Shown here: piece by piece, positions 47,882 through 57,675 of the stretch
How the letters are laid out: each line of letters opens with the position of its first letter
Position numbering within the stretch: the first letter of the stretch is position 1
Virus record (IMG/VR): IMGVR_UViG_3300017963_000250
DNA: 64,000 bases
Source: an uncultured virus (IMG/VR IMGVR_UViG_3300017963_000250)
Lineage: Duplodnaviria > Heunggongvirae > Uroviricota > Caudoviricetes
Reading direction: 5' to 3' (one strand)
Position numbers and translations under genes: made by a program
The notes under the pieces: generated by a model
Seen by the model: the letters and a program-made list of their open reading frames with translations, nothing else
What the model was told of the DNA's origin: nothing
Database searches by the model: none

Positions 47882-48342
47882 TGCCCGACCGTTATCCATG
47901 CGAACTCGTCTATGAGGATATTCACTTGCCCGACCGCCGCCTGGATAAACCCGACCGAAAAAGTGGTAGGAGGCGACCAGGTGCTCTGCCCGACGTCCGT
48001 ATCGGTCACGTTCCGAATGTTGCGGTTGGTGACCAGCGGGTTTGGCGCGGCGCTAAACCCGACGTCGCCGTTATACGTGCCGTTCGTGTTTACGCCGAGG
48101 AAGTTGTCGACCGTGAACCCGGCGATCCCCCCGCGTCCGTACGCCGCTTTTGCACCGCCGGCAGCGACCTGGGCCAATACCCAGTCTTTGGTCGGGAACG
48201 GGTTCGCCGCCGATGGCGTGTACCCGCCGAACGGGATGAGTGCCTGGAACACGCTCTGTGATACGTGATAGTACGGCGAGGTACCATTGATATTGTAAAG
48301 GTCGTTGTGGTTTTCGATGTTCTCAGGGAACCAGAAAGTCAT
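47878..48342 (-). CDS. Virion protein (MTFWFP N-terminus)
   Basis: Operon context. Confidence 0.55.
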   Translation of the reverse strand: MTFWFPENIENHNDLYNINGTSPYYHVSQSVFQALIPFGGYTPSAANPFPTKDWVLAQVAAGGAKAAYGRGGIAGFTVDNFLGVNTNGTYNGDVGFSAAPNPLVTNRNIRNVTDTDVGQSTWSPPTTFSVGFIQAAVGQVNILIDEFAWITVGQ

Positions 48343-48352
48343 ATTTTATCCC

Positions 48353-48805
48353 CTATGAGGAGTAATACACGTACATCACGGCATTTGCCTCGCGATCGAC
48401 CGGGGTCAGGACGCCATTCGTCGAGATCTGGAACCCGAGCAAATCGTCGGCAACGAAAGCGAACGCGGGATCGACGGCGATCGTCTTGCGCTGACGCGGT
48501 TGGTTGCCGGTGTTTATTGTCAAGTCCAGCCTCGTATCGGCGATCACGCCGCCGTTTTTGGTCAGAACGAGCGAGATCTCGCCCGCCGTGAGCGTGTCCG
48601 AAAACTCCAGCGAGGTCGCGATGATGTTGCCGGGCTTTAGCGCGATAAAATTATCGGTATTGCCGATAAGCAACATGTCGGCGCTGACCACATTACGCTG
48701 GAGGTCATAATAAGCGAAATTACGTACATCGTTTGCCATCTCTATTATCACCGTAGTTGATGAACTGGTCGCCGAACCGGTCGACTGTGGAAACCAAAAC
48801 GGCAT
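48353..48805 (-). CDS. Virion beta-sandwich protein (MPFWFP N-terminus)
   Basis: Start refined; similar to the C-terminus of the 44471 gene. Confidence 0.55.
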   Translation of the reverse strand: MPFWFPQSTGSATSSSTTVIIEMANDVRNFAYYDLQRNVVSADMLLIGNTDNFIALKPGNIIATSLEFSDTLTAGEISLVLTKNGGVIADTRLDLTINTGNQPRQRKTIAVDPAFAFVADDLLGFQISTNGVLTPVDREANAVMYVYYSS

Positions 48806-48861
48806 CGTTTGCCCCTTAGAAAAAACCGACCCGCCCACCCCTCTTACATGAAAGGATGGTA

Positions 48862-49176
48862 CTAAATCGACAGGATTACCCTTTTCAGCACTTTGAGAAG
48901 TTTTTCCGCTACCAGCCACGACTTCTCTTCGATAATATACGAATACTTGGTCTTGAGCGATATTATCGCGTTCCAGGCGTACTCCTCGCTCTTTTTCAGT
49001 TCCTCGATCTCGGCGGCGCTACCGGTGAGCATCGCGATCCGTAACTGAACGATCTTCTCGCCCCAGTACTTCAGGTCCTGCTTTGCCTCCTCGGCCTTGT
49101 CCTTGAACTCATCGGCGATCTCGCTCGCGACCTCCTTCATGAGTTCTTCCGCGTTTATTTTGTTTCCGTCACTCAT
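48862..49176 (-). CDS. Helical hypothetical protein
   Basis: SD AAGGAG. Confidence 0.55.
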   Translation of the reverse strand: MSDGNKINAEELMKEVASEIADEFKDKAEEAKQDLKYWGEKIVQLRIAMLTGSAAEIEELKKSEEYAWNAIISLKTKYSYIIEEKSWLVAEKLLKVLKRVILSI

Positions 49177-49190
49177 TTACTATCTCCTTA

Positions 49191-49538
49191 TTATTCGACC
49201 TTTTCGGCGTGATAGCGCCGGTAGGAATCTTTTATGAGGTCCCACCAGGCGTGTACAGATTTCACCCGCACTTCCTTGTCGAGTTTGGACAGTTTCTCGT
49301 CATTAGAGATATACTCGATAAGATCGGGAAGCGCGGTATTCGCGTTCTTGTAGTTCGCTTCGACATACTGTTCGGACGGGGTCGCACACCCCATTATCCC
49401 GCTGGATACGACAATAGCGACCAGAAGGACCGCCATCGTCAGGATGATAAGTTTCCATTTACCACTCATCGCTTTGTATTCCTCCCACAGTTCCTTGAAC
49501 TTTTCATGCTGGGTTAAAACTTTTAAAATTTTGGACAT
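49191..49538 (-). CDS. Putative lipoprotein/membrane protein
   Basis: Hydrophobic helix followed by IMG-C. Confidence 0.55.
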   Translation of the reverse strand: MSKILKVLTQHEKFKELWEEYKAMSGKWKLIILTMAVLLVAIVVSSGIMGCATPSEQYVEANYKNANTALPDLIEYISNDEKLSKLDKEVRVKSVHAWWDLIKDSYRRYHAEKVE

Positions 49539-49563
49539 AAGATGGTCCTTTTTTTTACATTTA

Positions 49564-50556
49564 TCAAAATTGTGTTGCGACGTACCCTTCCCCGCGCGCC
49601 CATTGCTCTTCCCATTTAGATGTGTCTATCATAAAATACCCAGAAGACAACAAAACTTTGTCGCCTGTGGCAACAAAAATATCTGGCCTTACATCGCGAG
49701 ACCTACCCATAAACTTATAAAATGCGTAAAGTTGTTGAAGAAAATACGTTCTTATAAATGTGCCAACTATAGCAAAAGCATTATCTGCGATTTGAAATTC
49801 GACAATATGGTCTATCCCTCTTTTTTCCTTTAACTCTTTATATAGGGTCGAAAAAATACTAAGGTTTTTTTGAATAAACTCATAATGACCAAATTGATCT
49901 TTTGGCATACTTATGCCACGATCATCTATATACCATTCACCGCGCCAGAAGGGCCAGATGATTTTTACGTCCTTGTTTTCTCCGTTCGAACTAAACCTGA
50001 ACCACTCGCCGTTAAAAACCAAAACAATAAAACGGTAATATTTCTTCCCTTCTACTTCAATAACGCTATCAACATCAATACCCGCGAATCTGGACACTTC
50101 CTCCTGCGTGTATTCGGCGGGCACAACCTGTGCCGGCGTAACCGGCGAAGGCATAGGTTCGGGTACCGTCACAGTTGACGGCACCGGTACAGGCACAGGC
50201 TCATGAACCACCTGCGGGACGGCGACCTCTCCGTTCGCCGGCGCAGTGACTGACACCTCCGGAGCAACACCCTCACCAGGAGCGACACCCCCGATAAGCT
50301 TACCATCGCCGGTACCGACCCCAATGTCGAACTTCCAGGACAAAAGTTCGTGCAGGATAATGCCAACAACACCGCCGCGAAGCGCCCACTTCTCCTCGTC
50401 GGTCTCTTTTGGTGCCTTGGACAAGATGTAAACCAGCGGCAAACTGACACCATAGGAGCGGAGACGACTTTTGGTCCGTTTCTGGACGAGATGCTTGCTG
50501 CCGGCACCGGCGACCCCGTTCCCGACAAAATACCCGGTGTTTTTTATTATGCTCAT
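49564..50556 (-). CDS. Membrane-anchored protein with Pro-rich linker
   Basis: Start refined (TAATG overlap); Gly-rich hydrophobic N-terminus. Confidence 0.55.
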   Translation of the reverse strand: MSIIKNTGYFVGNGVAGAGSKHLVQKRTKSRLRSYGVSLPLVYILSKAPKETDEEKWALRGGVVGIILHELLSWKFDIGVGTGDGKLIGGVAPGEGVAPEVSVTAPANGEVAVPQVVHEPVPVPVPSTVTVPEPMPSPVTPAQVVPAEYTQEEVSRFAGIDVDSVIEVEGKKYYRFIVLVFNGEWFRFSSNGENKDVKIIWPFWRGEWYIDDRGISMPKDQFGHYEFIQKNLSIFSTLYKELKEKRGIDHIVEFQIADNAFAIVGTFIRTYFLQQLYAFYKFMGRSRDVRPDIFVATGDKVLLSSGYFMIDTSKWEEQWARGEGYVATQF

Positions 50557-51287
50557 TACACTACTGCCTTGTCTATGAGGATTACGCTTTTTATCCATGC
50601 AGGATATTGTTCTACATCGACTTCTTTAACATAAACGTTTCTTTTGCCAACTTCTGTCCCCCACACGGCTAGACTTTCCAAAAAACGACGATATTGCAAG
50701 GAAGTAGCGCCGATAATGCGATAAAGGTGGACTTCCATGACCTGATACCCTTTCGTGGTCCTGATCCGGTCGATCTTCGCTTTTAACTCATCCTCGGTCA
50801 CTTCGAGCGCCACTTCCGGGTCGACGACGAAATATATCTTCGACCCGAAAAGCACCTGTACCCGATTTGCGGTAAACGCGGCGAACCCATGTCGCGCTCG
50901 TTCGTCTATCGGCAAAAGTTCCGGCACAGCAGGTATCTCTTCGGGAACCACCGCCGCCTTCTGCTCCTTTACCGAGACCGGGGTCGGCGCTATCTGCTGT
51001 GTCGGCGCAGTCCCCTCCGGGATCGCCGCCGGCGCGATCGCTGCCGGTTTCTTCGCGAACCACGAGATGACCTCGCCGATCGTGAGCCCGATCGCGCCAC
51101 CGATAAGCGTCTCCCTGCGATACTCGCGTCTCATGGCGAACGAGCCCGCGACCGTGGCGACCGCGCCCATTGCCAACCCCAAGAGCCTGTTGTCGGTGGT
51201 GCTCCGTACCGCGGCACCGAGCACGGCATTGCCGGCACCGCGTTTCACGCCCTCGTCCGTCACGAATTCTTTGATATCAAACGGCAT
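50556..51287 (-). CDS. Membrane-anchored protein with Pro/Ala linker
   Basis: GGAIGLTIGEVISW segment paralogous to neighbours. Confidence 0.6.
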   Translation of the reverse strand: MPFDIKEFVTDEGVKRGAGNAVLGAAVRSTTDNRLLGLAMGAVATVAGSFAMRREYRRETLIGGAIGLTIGEVISWFAKKPAAIAPAAIPEGTAPTQQIAPTPVSVKEQKAAVVPEEIPAVPELLPIDERARHGFAAFTANRVQVLFGSKIYFVVDPEVALEVTEDELKAKIDRIRTTKGYQVMEVHLYRIIGATSLQYRRFLESLAVWGTEVGKRNVYVKEVDVEQYPAWIKSVILIDKAVV

Positions 51288-51828
51288 AAAGACTTCCTCC
51301 TCTCAAAAGCGGCGTAGTTCCGCCTCCGTTAGTGCCGCCGTTAGTCGGTCGTTCCGGCGGCGAGATGATCTCGTCCGGCACTATCACGTCCTGCGTTTTA
51401 CCGCCATTAGACACAGGTTCCGGTTCGGGCAAAACCGGCTCGACGGCAGGAGGGGGTGGAGACACCTCCGCTTCTATCTTCTGCTCCGGTGTCGGAGGTG
51501 GTACCGGTTCGGGCTCGGGCAATGCCGGGGTGGTCTCGGTCGGGATCTGAACCGGCGCGGGTGGAGCGGCCACTTCCTCGACACGACGCTTCCCGAGATA
51601 CATCGACAACAGTTCACCGACCCCGATCCCGATCGCACCGAAGATTAGCGTGTTTCGTTGCAAAGGGGCCTCGACCCATCGTGACGCGGCGTAAATGGTA
51701 CCCACGCTCGCAACACGCGCCACCCACTGGTTCTCTAGCGTCTCGCCGGCATACACCCTCCCGGCCGACCCGAGACTGAAGCTCATTATTTTCATTACCG
51801 TTTCTTTGTCTATGTTGAAATTCATCAT
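51277..51828 (-). CDS. Membrane-anchored Pro-rich protein
   Basis: FGAIGIGVGELLS segment; P/E-rich tail. Confidence 0.6.
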   Translation of the reverse strand: MMNFNIDKETVMKIMSFSLGSAGRVYAGETLENQWVARVASVGTIYAASRWVEAPLQRNTLIFGAIGIGVGELLSMYLGKRRVEEVAAPPAPVQIPTETTPALPEPEPVPPPTPEQKIEAEVSPPPPAVEPVLPEPEPVSNGGKTQDVIVPDEIISPPERPTNGGTNGGGTTPLLRGGSLYAV

Positions 51829-52985
51829 ACCACCGTTAGATCGTTGTAGATATCGTTGTTGTAAACAAAAAGTATCTTGTACGCCGGATTCGCTTTCTTG
51901 TACCCGAATACGGAATCGTCGATATACGCCTTTATGCGTTCTGACTCCTCGACATTCCAGGTCGACCCGGTAAGCATTATCTTGACCTGGTAATATTCGC
52001 GGAGCAGCATCTGTATCTGGGCCAGGACGGTCTCGATCGTGACGTCGCTCACCGGCACCAGGGTCTGCATGTTCTTGCCGATAAAGAACGGATATTGGGT
52101 GAACGGCTCGGTCTGGAACCCGTCGACTTGATAGACCGACATCGTAATGCCCCAGAGCGACTTGTCGACATAAACGACAGGCACCGCTTTCGGGTACATG
52201 ATCTCTGCCGCACCGGATATCGGTTCGAGACCGCCCGGCCCGACTATCTCATACGATAGCGGCGCTGCGGTCGGGGTCGGTTCCGGCATCATCCCACCGG
52301 GTCCGACGATCTCGCGACGAAGTTCTTCTACCATGGGCTCTGGCGTCGGCATTATGCCGCCCGGCCCGACTATTTCATAGGATAGCGGCGCTGCCGTCGG
52401 GGTGGGTTCCGGCATCATGCCACCGGGACCCACGATCTCGTGATAAACCGGCGCTGCCGTCGGCACCTTCTCGAAAGTGCCGTACTGCGCGGTAAACTCG
52501 TCGACCGGCGTGCCGGGCATCCGTGCCGAATCGGTCTCTGCCGCCGACTCGAACACGAGGTCGATCTTGTAAAGCGGGTTCCTGGCCAGCGACATCGCCT
52601 CGGCCTGGATATACCCCATCGCTTCGTTCGCCATCGGGTCGGTCGGCGCGTTATTCACCACGACGACCTTGGCGGTTCCATACTTCATCAGCACCTGCTC
52701 CATATGCGCTTTTGCGTACTCCTTGTTCGGCAATTGTTCGTCCGCATACGGCATGGTCATGTCGTTCCTTACCGCGATCTCGCCGTTGTACCCGACCACG
52801 AACTTTACGTACCCGACCATGTTGCCGTTACCCGGCGCAGCGGGTGGTTTCACTACACCGGCCTGCTCTTCCGGCGTGAACGTCATCTTGCCGATGAGGT
52901 CTGGCTCCTTCGGTTTCCTTAAAAAAAGGTATGCCGCGCCTGCCAGCACGGCCCCGCCTGCCACGAGTATCTTTCTGTCGACCAT
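51825..52985 (-). CDS. Membrane-anchored protein with EIVGPGG repeats
   Basis: N-terminal TM; four EIVGPGG units. Confidence 0.65.
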   Translation of the reverse strand: MVDRKILVAGGAVLAGAAYLFLRKPKEPDLIGKMTFTPEEQAGVVKPPAAPGNGNMVGYVKFVVGYNGEIAVRNDMTMPYADEQLPNKEYAKAHMEQVLMKYGTAKVVVVNNAPTDPMANEAMGYIQAEAMSLARNPLYKIDLVFESAAETDSARMPGTPVDEFTAQYGTFEKVPTAAPVYHEIVGPGGMMPEPTPTAAPLSYEIVGPGGIMPTPEPMVEELRREIVGPGGMMPEPTPTAAPLSYEIVGPGGLEPISGAAEIMYPKAVPVVYVDKSLWGITMSVYQVDGFQTEPFTQYPFFIGKNMQTLVPVSDVTIETVLAQIQMLLREYYQVKIMLTGSTWNVEESERIKAYIDDSVFGYKKANPAYKILFVYNNDIYNDLTVV

Positions 52986-52988
52986 CGC

Positions 52989-54212
52989 TTACTCCATAAA
53001 TATTTTGCCTGCCGAATCCTGTTTTCTCTTCATTATGACCACGAGCTTCTCTAGCCTCTTCAGGCGTTCGGGGAACTTCTCCAGGGCAACGACCTGTCCC
53101 GGTAACGTTTGTAGCCGTTCGACCGACTCCCGGAGCGATTTCAACTCTTCCCTGATCGCGTCGAGATCGGTCGCGTCCGGCATCGACCGGTACTCTGCTA
53201 GGCACGCCTCGACATCGGCCCTGAATTCGGTCACGTCCTGATATCGCTGAGATTCGTCATGGTGGACCGCTCGCTCGAATATCTTTCTCAAGGCAAACGG
53301 AAACAATTCGCTCGGGAATACCTTCTTGAGCACTTCATTGTCGACCTTGATGAGCCCGGAGTCGTCAGGCTCGCCACGGTTCCACACGCACCAAAACGTG
53401 TACCCGAGTGTCGCGATATCGTGCAGGTACGTTCTGAACTTCGAATATTCTAACTGGGACGGATCGCTAAACAGTGGTGAGCCCAATCTCGTGTTCGCGC
53501 TGGTAACGCTCTTCGACTCGCCCAAATTTTTCGCGATCGTAAAGTCCAGGAAGACCGGCATGTCGTTGTTCATCAAGATATTGCCGGGCTTCAGGTCGCT
53601 ATGAACCACCTGGCTGCGATGGATCATCTCGACGACACGGAGTATCTTGTGAAAACCGGCCAATATCTCCTCGTCGCTCTTGCTCTCGCACCACCGCATG
53701 AGCGAGGGCGCGTCGATATACTCCATTATCGCATATAGGAACGGTGCTTGCTGGATATCGAGTATGTTCGGGATATATCCATACTTCGTATACCCCTCGT
53801 CTACGAGTATATTGTGCAGTTGCAGTTGCAAGAAACACCCGCGTGTAAACCTGGCCGAATACTCCGTTTCGCGTTTCTCGTCCTCTTTCGTGCGGATATA
53901 GTCGTGAACCCTGAGAAAAATTTGCTTGTAAACGCCTTTTTTCACTGCCTGGTCAGGCGTACGCTGTGGTAAAGCGACCTTGAACACGACCTCTCGCCGG
54001 TTGCGGCGATCACGCACCAGCATGACCACCGACTCGCCACCCTTGTAGATGTACTTTAGCCACTCGTACTGATAATAGTTGTCGGCACCATCGGTTATCT
54101 TCGGGCTTACCGCCGAGATAAGATGCCGACCCCATATCGGGTTGGCGTCGGAAAGCAGGTCGTCCTTGCAATCGTTTATCCGCCGCAGGCTGTCAGTGTA
54201 CCTGTCGACCAT
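52989..54212 (-). CDS. Ser/Thr protein kinase with C-terminal coiled coil
   Basis: VVFKV, IMEYI, VVHSDLKPGNIL, LDFTIAK, GSPLF.DP. Confidence 0.9.
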   Translation of the reverse strand: MVDRYTDSLRRINDCKDDLLSDANPIWGRHLISAVSPKITDGADNYYQYEWLKYIYKGGESVVMLVRDRRNRREVVFKVALPQRTPDQAVKKGVYKQIFLRVHDYIRTKEDEKRETEYSARFTRGCFLQLQLHNILVDEGYTKYGYIPNILDIQQAPFLYAIMEYIDAPSLMRWCESKSDEEILAGFHKILRVVEMIHRSQVVHSDLKPGNILMNNDMPVFLDFTIAKNLGESKSVTSANTRLGSPLFSDPSQLEYSKFRTYLHDIATLGYTFWCVWNRGEPDDSGLIKVDNEVLKKVFPSELFPFALRKIFERAVHHDESQRYQDVTEFRADVEACLAEYRSMPDATDLDAIREELKSLRESVERLQTLPGQVVALEKFPERLKRLEKLVVIMKRKQDSAGKIFME

Positions 54213-54216
54213 CGTT

Positions 54217-54615
54217 CTACCACCGCAACGATTTCTTCAGGTCATGCACCAATTGGTCTATGTCCACCGGTTTCTCCAGCCACTTGGTGACCGGATCTCG
54301 TCGCAACTTGTTTTTGCCGACAATGGTGACACCGGTACCGAATAGGAATACGAACGAGGCCAGGTACGCTTCGTTCGTCAAAAAATGGTAAGACAATACC
54401 GCGGACATGTAAGACACCACGGCAGATACCGTCCGAAGGTGCTCTATTATAACGCCGGTATTGCGCCTGATCTGATAGAGGAGCGTCGTCTTGCCGGCAC
54501 GGATCGTCTTTACCTGCGCTTTACGCTCGTCTGCCGTCGTGTCTTTCAGTTTGTACTTCTTCACTTCCTCGCTCGCGATCTCCTGCTCCCTTTTGGCATC
54601 ATCTTTGCTGTCCAT
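54217..54615 (-). CDS. Two-TM membrane protein (holin-like?)
   Basis: Two hydrophobic helices, charged C-terminus. Confidence 0.45.
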   Translation of the reverse strand: MDSKDDAKREQEIASEEVKKYKLKDTTADERKAQVKTIRAGKTTLLYQIRRNTGVIIEHLRTVSAVVSYMSAVLSYHFLTNEAYLASFVFLFGTGVTIVGKNKLRRDPVTKWLEKPVDIDQLVHDLKKSLRW

Positions 54616-54632
54616 TTACTATCTCCTTTGTA

Positions 54633-55019
54633 CTATTTGGTGTATATCGCCCCGACCTGCTTCAGTTTGGTATCTATCGACTGCATGAGCTTCAGCGCGG
54701 CGTCAAGCTTCGCTTCGAGATCGGCGACTTTGCCGGCGGCCAGGTTGCCGACCTTCTTGTCGATCTCGGCAGAGAGGTTGTCAATCCTCTGGTTCTGCAC
54801 CTGCTGTGTTTTTCTTTGCTCGACAAACTCCTGCTCGATGATCTGCTTGGCAGCGCCCTTTTGCTTCTGTGCCTCGTCCTGCATCTGCGCGCCGATCTGT
54901 TCGATGCGGGTCTTCGCTTCTTCGGCGCTACGTCCTACCTCACGCATCTGCTTCTTGAACTCTTCGTCGAGTGCCGCTGCGGCATTCTGCATACCCTGCA
55001 AAAATTTACTTGTATCCAT
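54633..55019 (-). CDS. Coiled-coil protein
   Basis: Q/E/K/A-rich heptads. Confidence 0.55.
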   Translation of the reverse strand: MDTSKFLQGMQNAAAALDEEFKKQMREVGRSAEEAKTRIEQIGAQMQDEAQKQKGAAKQIIEQEFVEQRKTQQVQNQRIDNLSAEIDKKVGNLAAGKVADLEAKLDAALKLMQSIDTKLKQVGAIYTK

Positions 55020-55031
55020 AAGTTTTTTCTC

Positions 55032-55367
55032 CTATCCGTTGATAGATGCTCGTAAAGTGAACACGAAACTTCCCTGTGCCGCTACCCCGTTCACAAACCG
55101 GAACCGCGAATACGGGGCAAGGACCGGGACTTTCCACCCCAGCGGGTCGCTCGCGTTATACACAACGTTCGCGCTCGCCGGCCAGGTGCTGCCGTCCTCG
55201 GAAAACTCCGCGAACAGGGTGCCGGCCTGGTCGGCCAAAACCGACCCTATAAGGTAGGCGTAGTCTTGTACCTCGAACGTGGCGGTCGTGTACGCTGTAC
55301 CGCCGAGAAGCGGAGTGCTGTTCGTCTCCAGTAAATTCAAGCTATTCTCGCGACCGGTAGTCCACAT
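55032..55367 (-). CDS. Small beta-sandwich virion protein
   Basis: TPL.GG..YT, ADQAGTLF.EFS.DG; paralog of the 57255 gene. Confidence 0.6.
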   Translation of the reverse strand: MWTTGRENSLNLLETNSTPLLGGTAYTTATFEVQDYAYLIGSVLADQAGTLFAEFSEDGSTWPASANVVYNASDPLGWKVPVLAPYSRFRFVNGVAAQGSFVFTLRASING

Positions 55368-55381
55368 TGTTTTTTCCTTTG

Positions 55382-56191
55382 CTATTTGCTGTTCGGTCTC
55401 ATCCACTCGAAGGCGTTACCGCCGGTGTTCATTACCCGTTTCTCCATGTCCTCGAATTTGCTCACGGTATCATATAGCGCCTGGCCGAGCACGACGACCT
55501 GCACCGTACCGAGGTCGACCATCGCTTGTTCCAGTATCTTTTCGATATCGGCCCAAACCTGCGGGTTGTCGACCCTGAACTCGCGCACGACCCTGGTGGC
55601 GCGAAACAGGACGGTCTGCCCGGTAACCATAAACTGGTAATCGCCGGTCTTGTACGGGATCTGCTGTAGCAAGGTCGCATAATCGGGGTTTTGCGCGACC
55701 GCACCCGGTTGCTGTACTTGCGTTTTCTGTTGCTTCCTAATAAAATCGACCACCAGGTCCTTGAGTTCGTGGAGCAAGAAACCGGTAACCCCGGTGACGA
55801 GCACCGTCTTCTTCAGTTCCTGCGGCGCGAGATAGTGTGTGAGCGCGATCACCCCGGCGGTAGCAACTCTGCCGACCATGCCCCCCATCAAATACTGCGA
55901 CCCCTCCTTAACGCCGGCAGTGAGGAAGACATTGCCCGCGCCTATGATATATCTGTTCTGCGCGGTCAGGAACGGGTTGTTATAGAAGTACGGTGCCGAC
56001 GGATTCTCCACCTCGCCACGTTTTGCGCGATCCCAGGCGATCGCCATCGCTTTCCCCCGTGTCTCCTTGTCGCGCGGATCGCCTTTCGCTACCCGTTCGT
56101 CATACAGCTGGCCTGACAATTTCATTATCTCCGACAGTTTGCCGGTAACATCCATCTTGTCATTCTCGGAAATTTTCGCTGGTAACGCCAT
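55382..56191 (-). CDS. Membrane-associated protein with NP motifs
   Basis: Start refined to MALPAK; hydrophobic central helices. Confidence 0.55.
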   Translation of the reverse strand: MALPAKISENDKMDVTGKLSEIMKLSGQLYDERVAKGDPRDKETRGKAMAIAWDRAKRGEVENPSAPYFYNNPFLTAQNRYIIGAGNVFLTAGVKEGSQYLMGGMVGRVATAGVIALTHYLAPQELKKTVLVTGVTGFLLHELKDLVVDFIRKQQKTQVQQPGAVAQNPDYATLLQQIPYKTGDYQFMVTGQTVLFRATRVVREFRVDNPQVWADIEKILEQAMVDLGTVQVVVLGQALYDTVSKFEDMEKRVMNTGGNAFEWMRPNSK

Positions 56192-56927
56192 CTGGCCTCT
56201 CCTCTTTCTCTGTGCTGCAAAGCTGCGAAATGGTGTACTCGAATACACTGAACTCCTGCCCGATCGGCCCGAACCGGTTCTTTATCGTTTCGGCCACTCC
56301 TTCGTCAACACGGACATTTATGTCGGTAAGATACCCAAAATCGGTCTCGCCTTTATATTTGTGGTCCTTTGTCGAATGGAGGATGTAGACCACCGGACCC
56401 CGTATGAGCGCATCCATTACCCGTACATCCTCTGCGGTAAAGTTGATCGCGGTTATACTGTCGATTACGACGCAGAACGGCTTGAACTTGATGATCTCGC
56501 CTTTGACCCCGTCCGAAGTGAACTTGGTCGTTACGAGCAACATCGGCGAGTCGATCTCCCAGTCGACGAGCTTCTTGCGGAACGTGTCGCTGAACCCCTC
56601 TTCGCCCGACACATACAGCGTGCGTTTGCCGTTCAGCGCGAACCTGTTGGCGAGCAGCAGACAAAACGTACTCTTGCCCGAGCCCGGTTCGCCATGCACC
56701 ATCATGATGAACTTTTTGGCAAGGTCGCCCAGGAACTCGAACCCTGACAGCCGTTCGTAATTCGTGTTCTCTTTTATCAGGCTCGCGGCGCTTTTGGTCT
56801 TGCGTTCGTTCTGCATCACCTCGTATTCGCGGTTGGGGATATTGATGATGCTGAACGGCTCGCCGCAAAAGCAGTAATCGCGGTACGACCTGTCGTACCG
56901 TTCGCCGCACCGAAAACATATGTACAT
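56160..56927 (-). CDS. RadA/Sms-like RecA-family ATPase with N-terminal Zn finger, lacking the Lon-like C-terminal domain
   Basis: CFRC...CFC, GEPGSGKST, YVSGEEG, VVIDSI, KNRFG. Confidence 0.8.
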   Translation of the reverse strand: MYICFRCGERYDRSYRDYCFCGEPFSIINIPNREYEVMQNERKTKSAASLIKENTNYERLSGFEFLGDLAKKFIMMVHGEPGSGKSTFCLLLANRFALNGKRTLYVSGEEGFSDTFRKKLVDWEIDSPMLLVTTKFTSDGVKGEIIKFKPFCVVIDSITAINFTAEDVRVMDALIRGPVVYILHSTKDHKYKGETDFGYLTDINVRVDEGVAETIKNRFGPIGQEFSVFEYTISQLCSTEKEERPDGVTSENFRE

Positions 56928-56940
56928 AGATGGTCTCCTT

Positions 56941-57255
56941 TTATTTTCGGTTGTTCTCGGATAATTTTTGTACGTAATAGTAAAACGCTATCGTCGCCCA
57001 CGGGATAACGACGCCTGACCCGAGCGCGACCAGCATCGCCTTCTGGTGGAGCTTGACGTTCTGCCAGTCCATGTTCTTGAGGTTGCTGTACGCTTCCTTG
57101 CCGGACTCGATCACGGTCGGTGCCATCCTGAACGCGATCCCGGCGAAGATGAGACTGCCGAGTATATTCTTCGTGTTCGGCTTTACCTCGAAATTCTCGA
57201 CGGCACCCATGCCGTTCACTACCTTTTTGATGGTATCCAGTTCGGTGTTTTTCAT
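56941..57255 (-). CDS. Two-TM membrane protein
   Basis: Two hydrophobic segments. Confidence 0.55.
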   Translation of the reverse strand: MKNTELDTIKKVVNGMGAVENFEVKPNTKNILGSLIFAGIAFRMAPTVIESGKEAYSNLKNMDWQNVKLHQKAMLVALGSGVVIPWATIAFYYYVQKLSENNRK

Positions 57256-57662
57256 TATTCAGAAAGCTTTCCGTGAAAGTACAACCTGAACGCGGTCTGT
57301 GCCGATAGTGACGTGTTCGTGAACCGAACCCGTGCCAGGGGCGCTACCGTCGTTACACGGAACGTCTGCCGCGTATTCTTCGTGTACAGGGTCTGTTCTA
57401 CCCCGTCCCAGTTGCTGCCGCCATCGGACGAAAAATCGACGAAAAGAGTACCGCTCTGGTCCGCAAAACAGGTGCCTGTTATAAATGAAAAATTGTTGCA
57501 GGCGAAAGAAGAAGAGGGGTACGTCGCGCCGGCACCGAGCGGGGTCGTCGTGTTTCCGATCGCACGGATATCTGTAGACACCGGGAATATAAACGTCCCA
57601 CCGCCCTCGACCCCAAGCAGGGTAGCGAGAAATTCCACCTCGTAACGTGCTCTGTTCGACAT
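57255..57662 (-). CDS. Small beta-sandwich virion protein
   Basis: TPLGAGATY, ADQSGTLFVDFSSDG. Confidence 0.6.
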   Translation of the reverse strand: MSNRARYEVEFLATLLGVEGGGTFIFPVSTDIRAIGNTTTPLGAGATYPSSSFACNNFSFITGTCFADQSGTLFVDFSSDGGSNWDGVEQTLYTKNTRQTFRVTTVAPLARVRFTNTSLSAQTAFRLYFHGKLSE

Positions 57663-57675
57663 CAGCTATTCCTTA

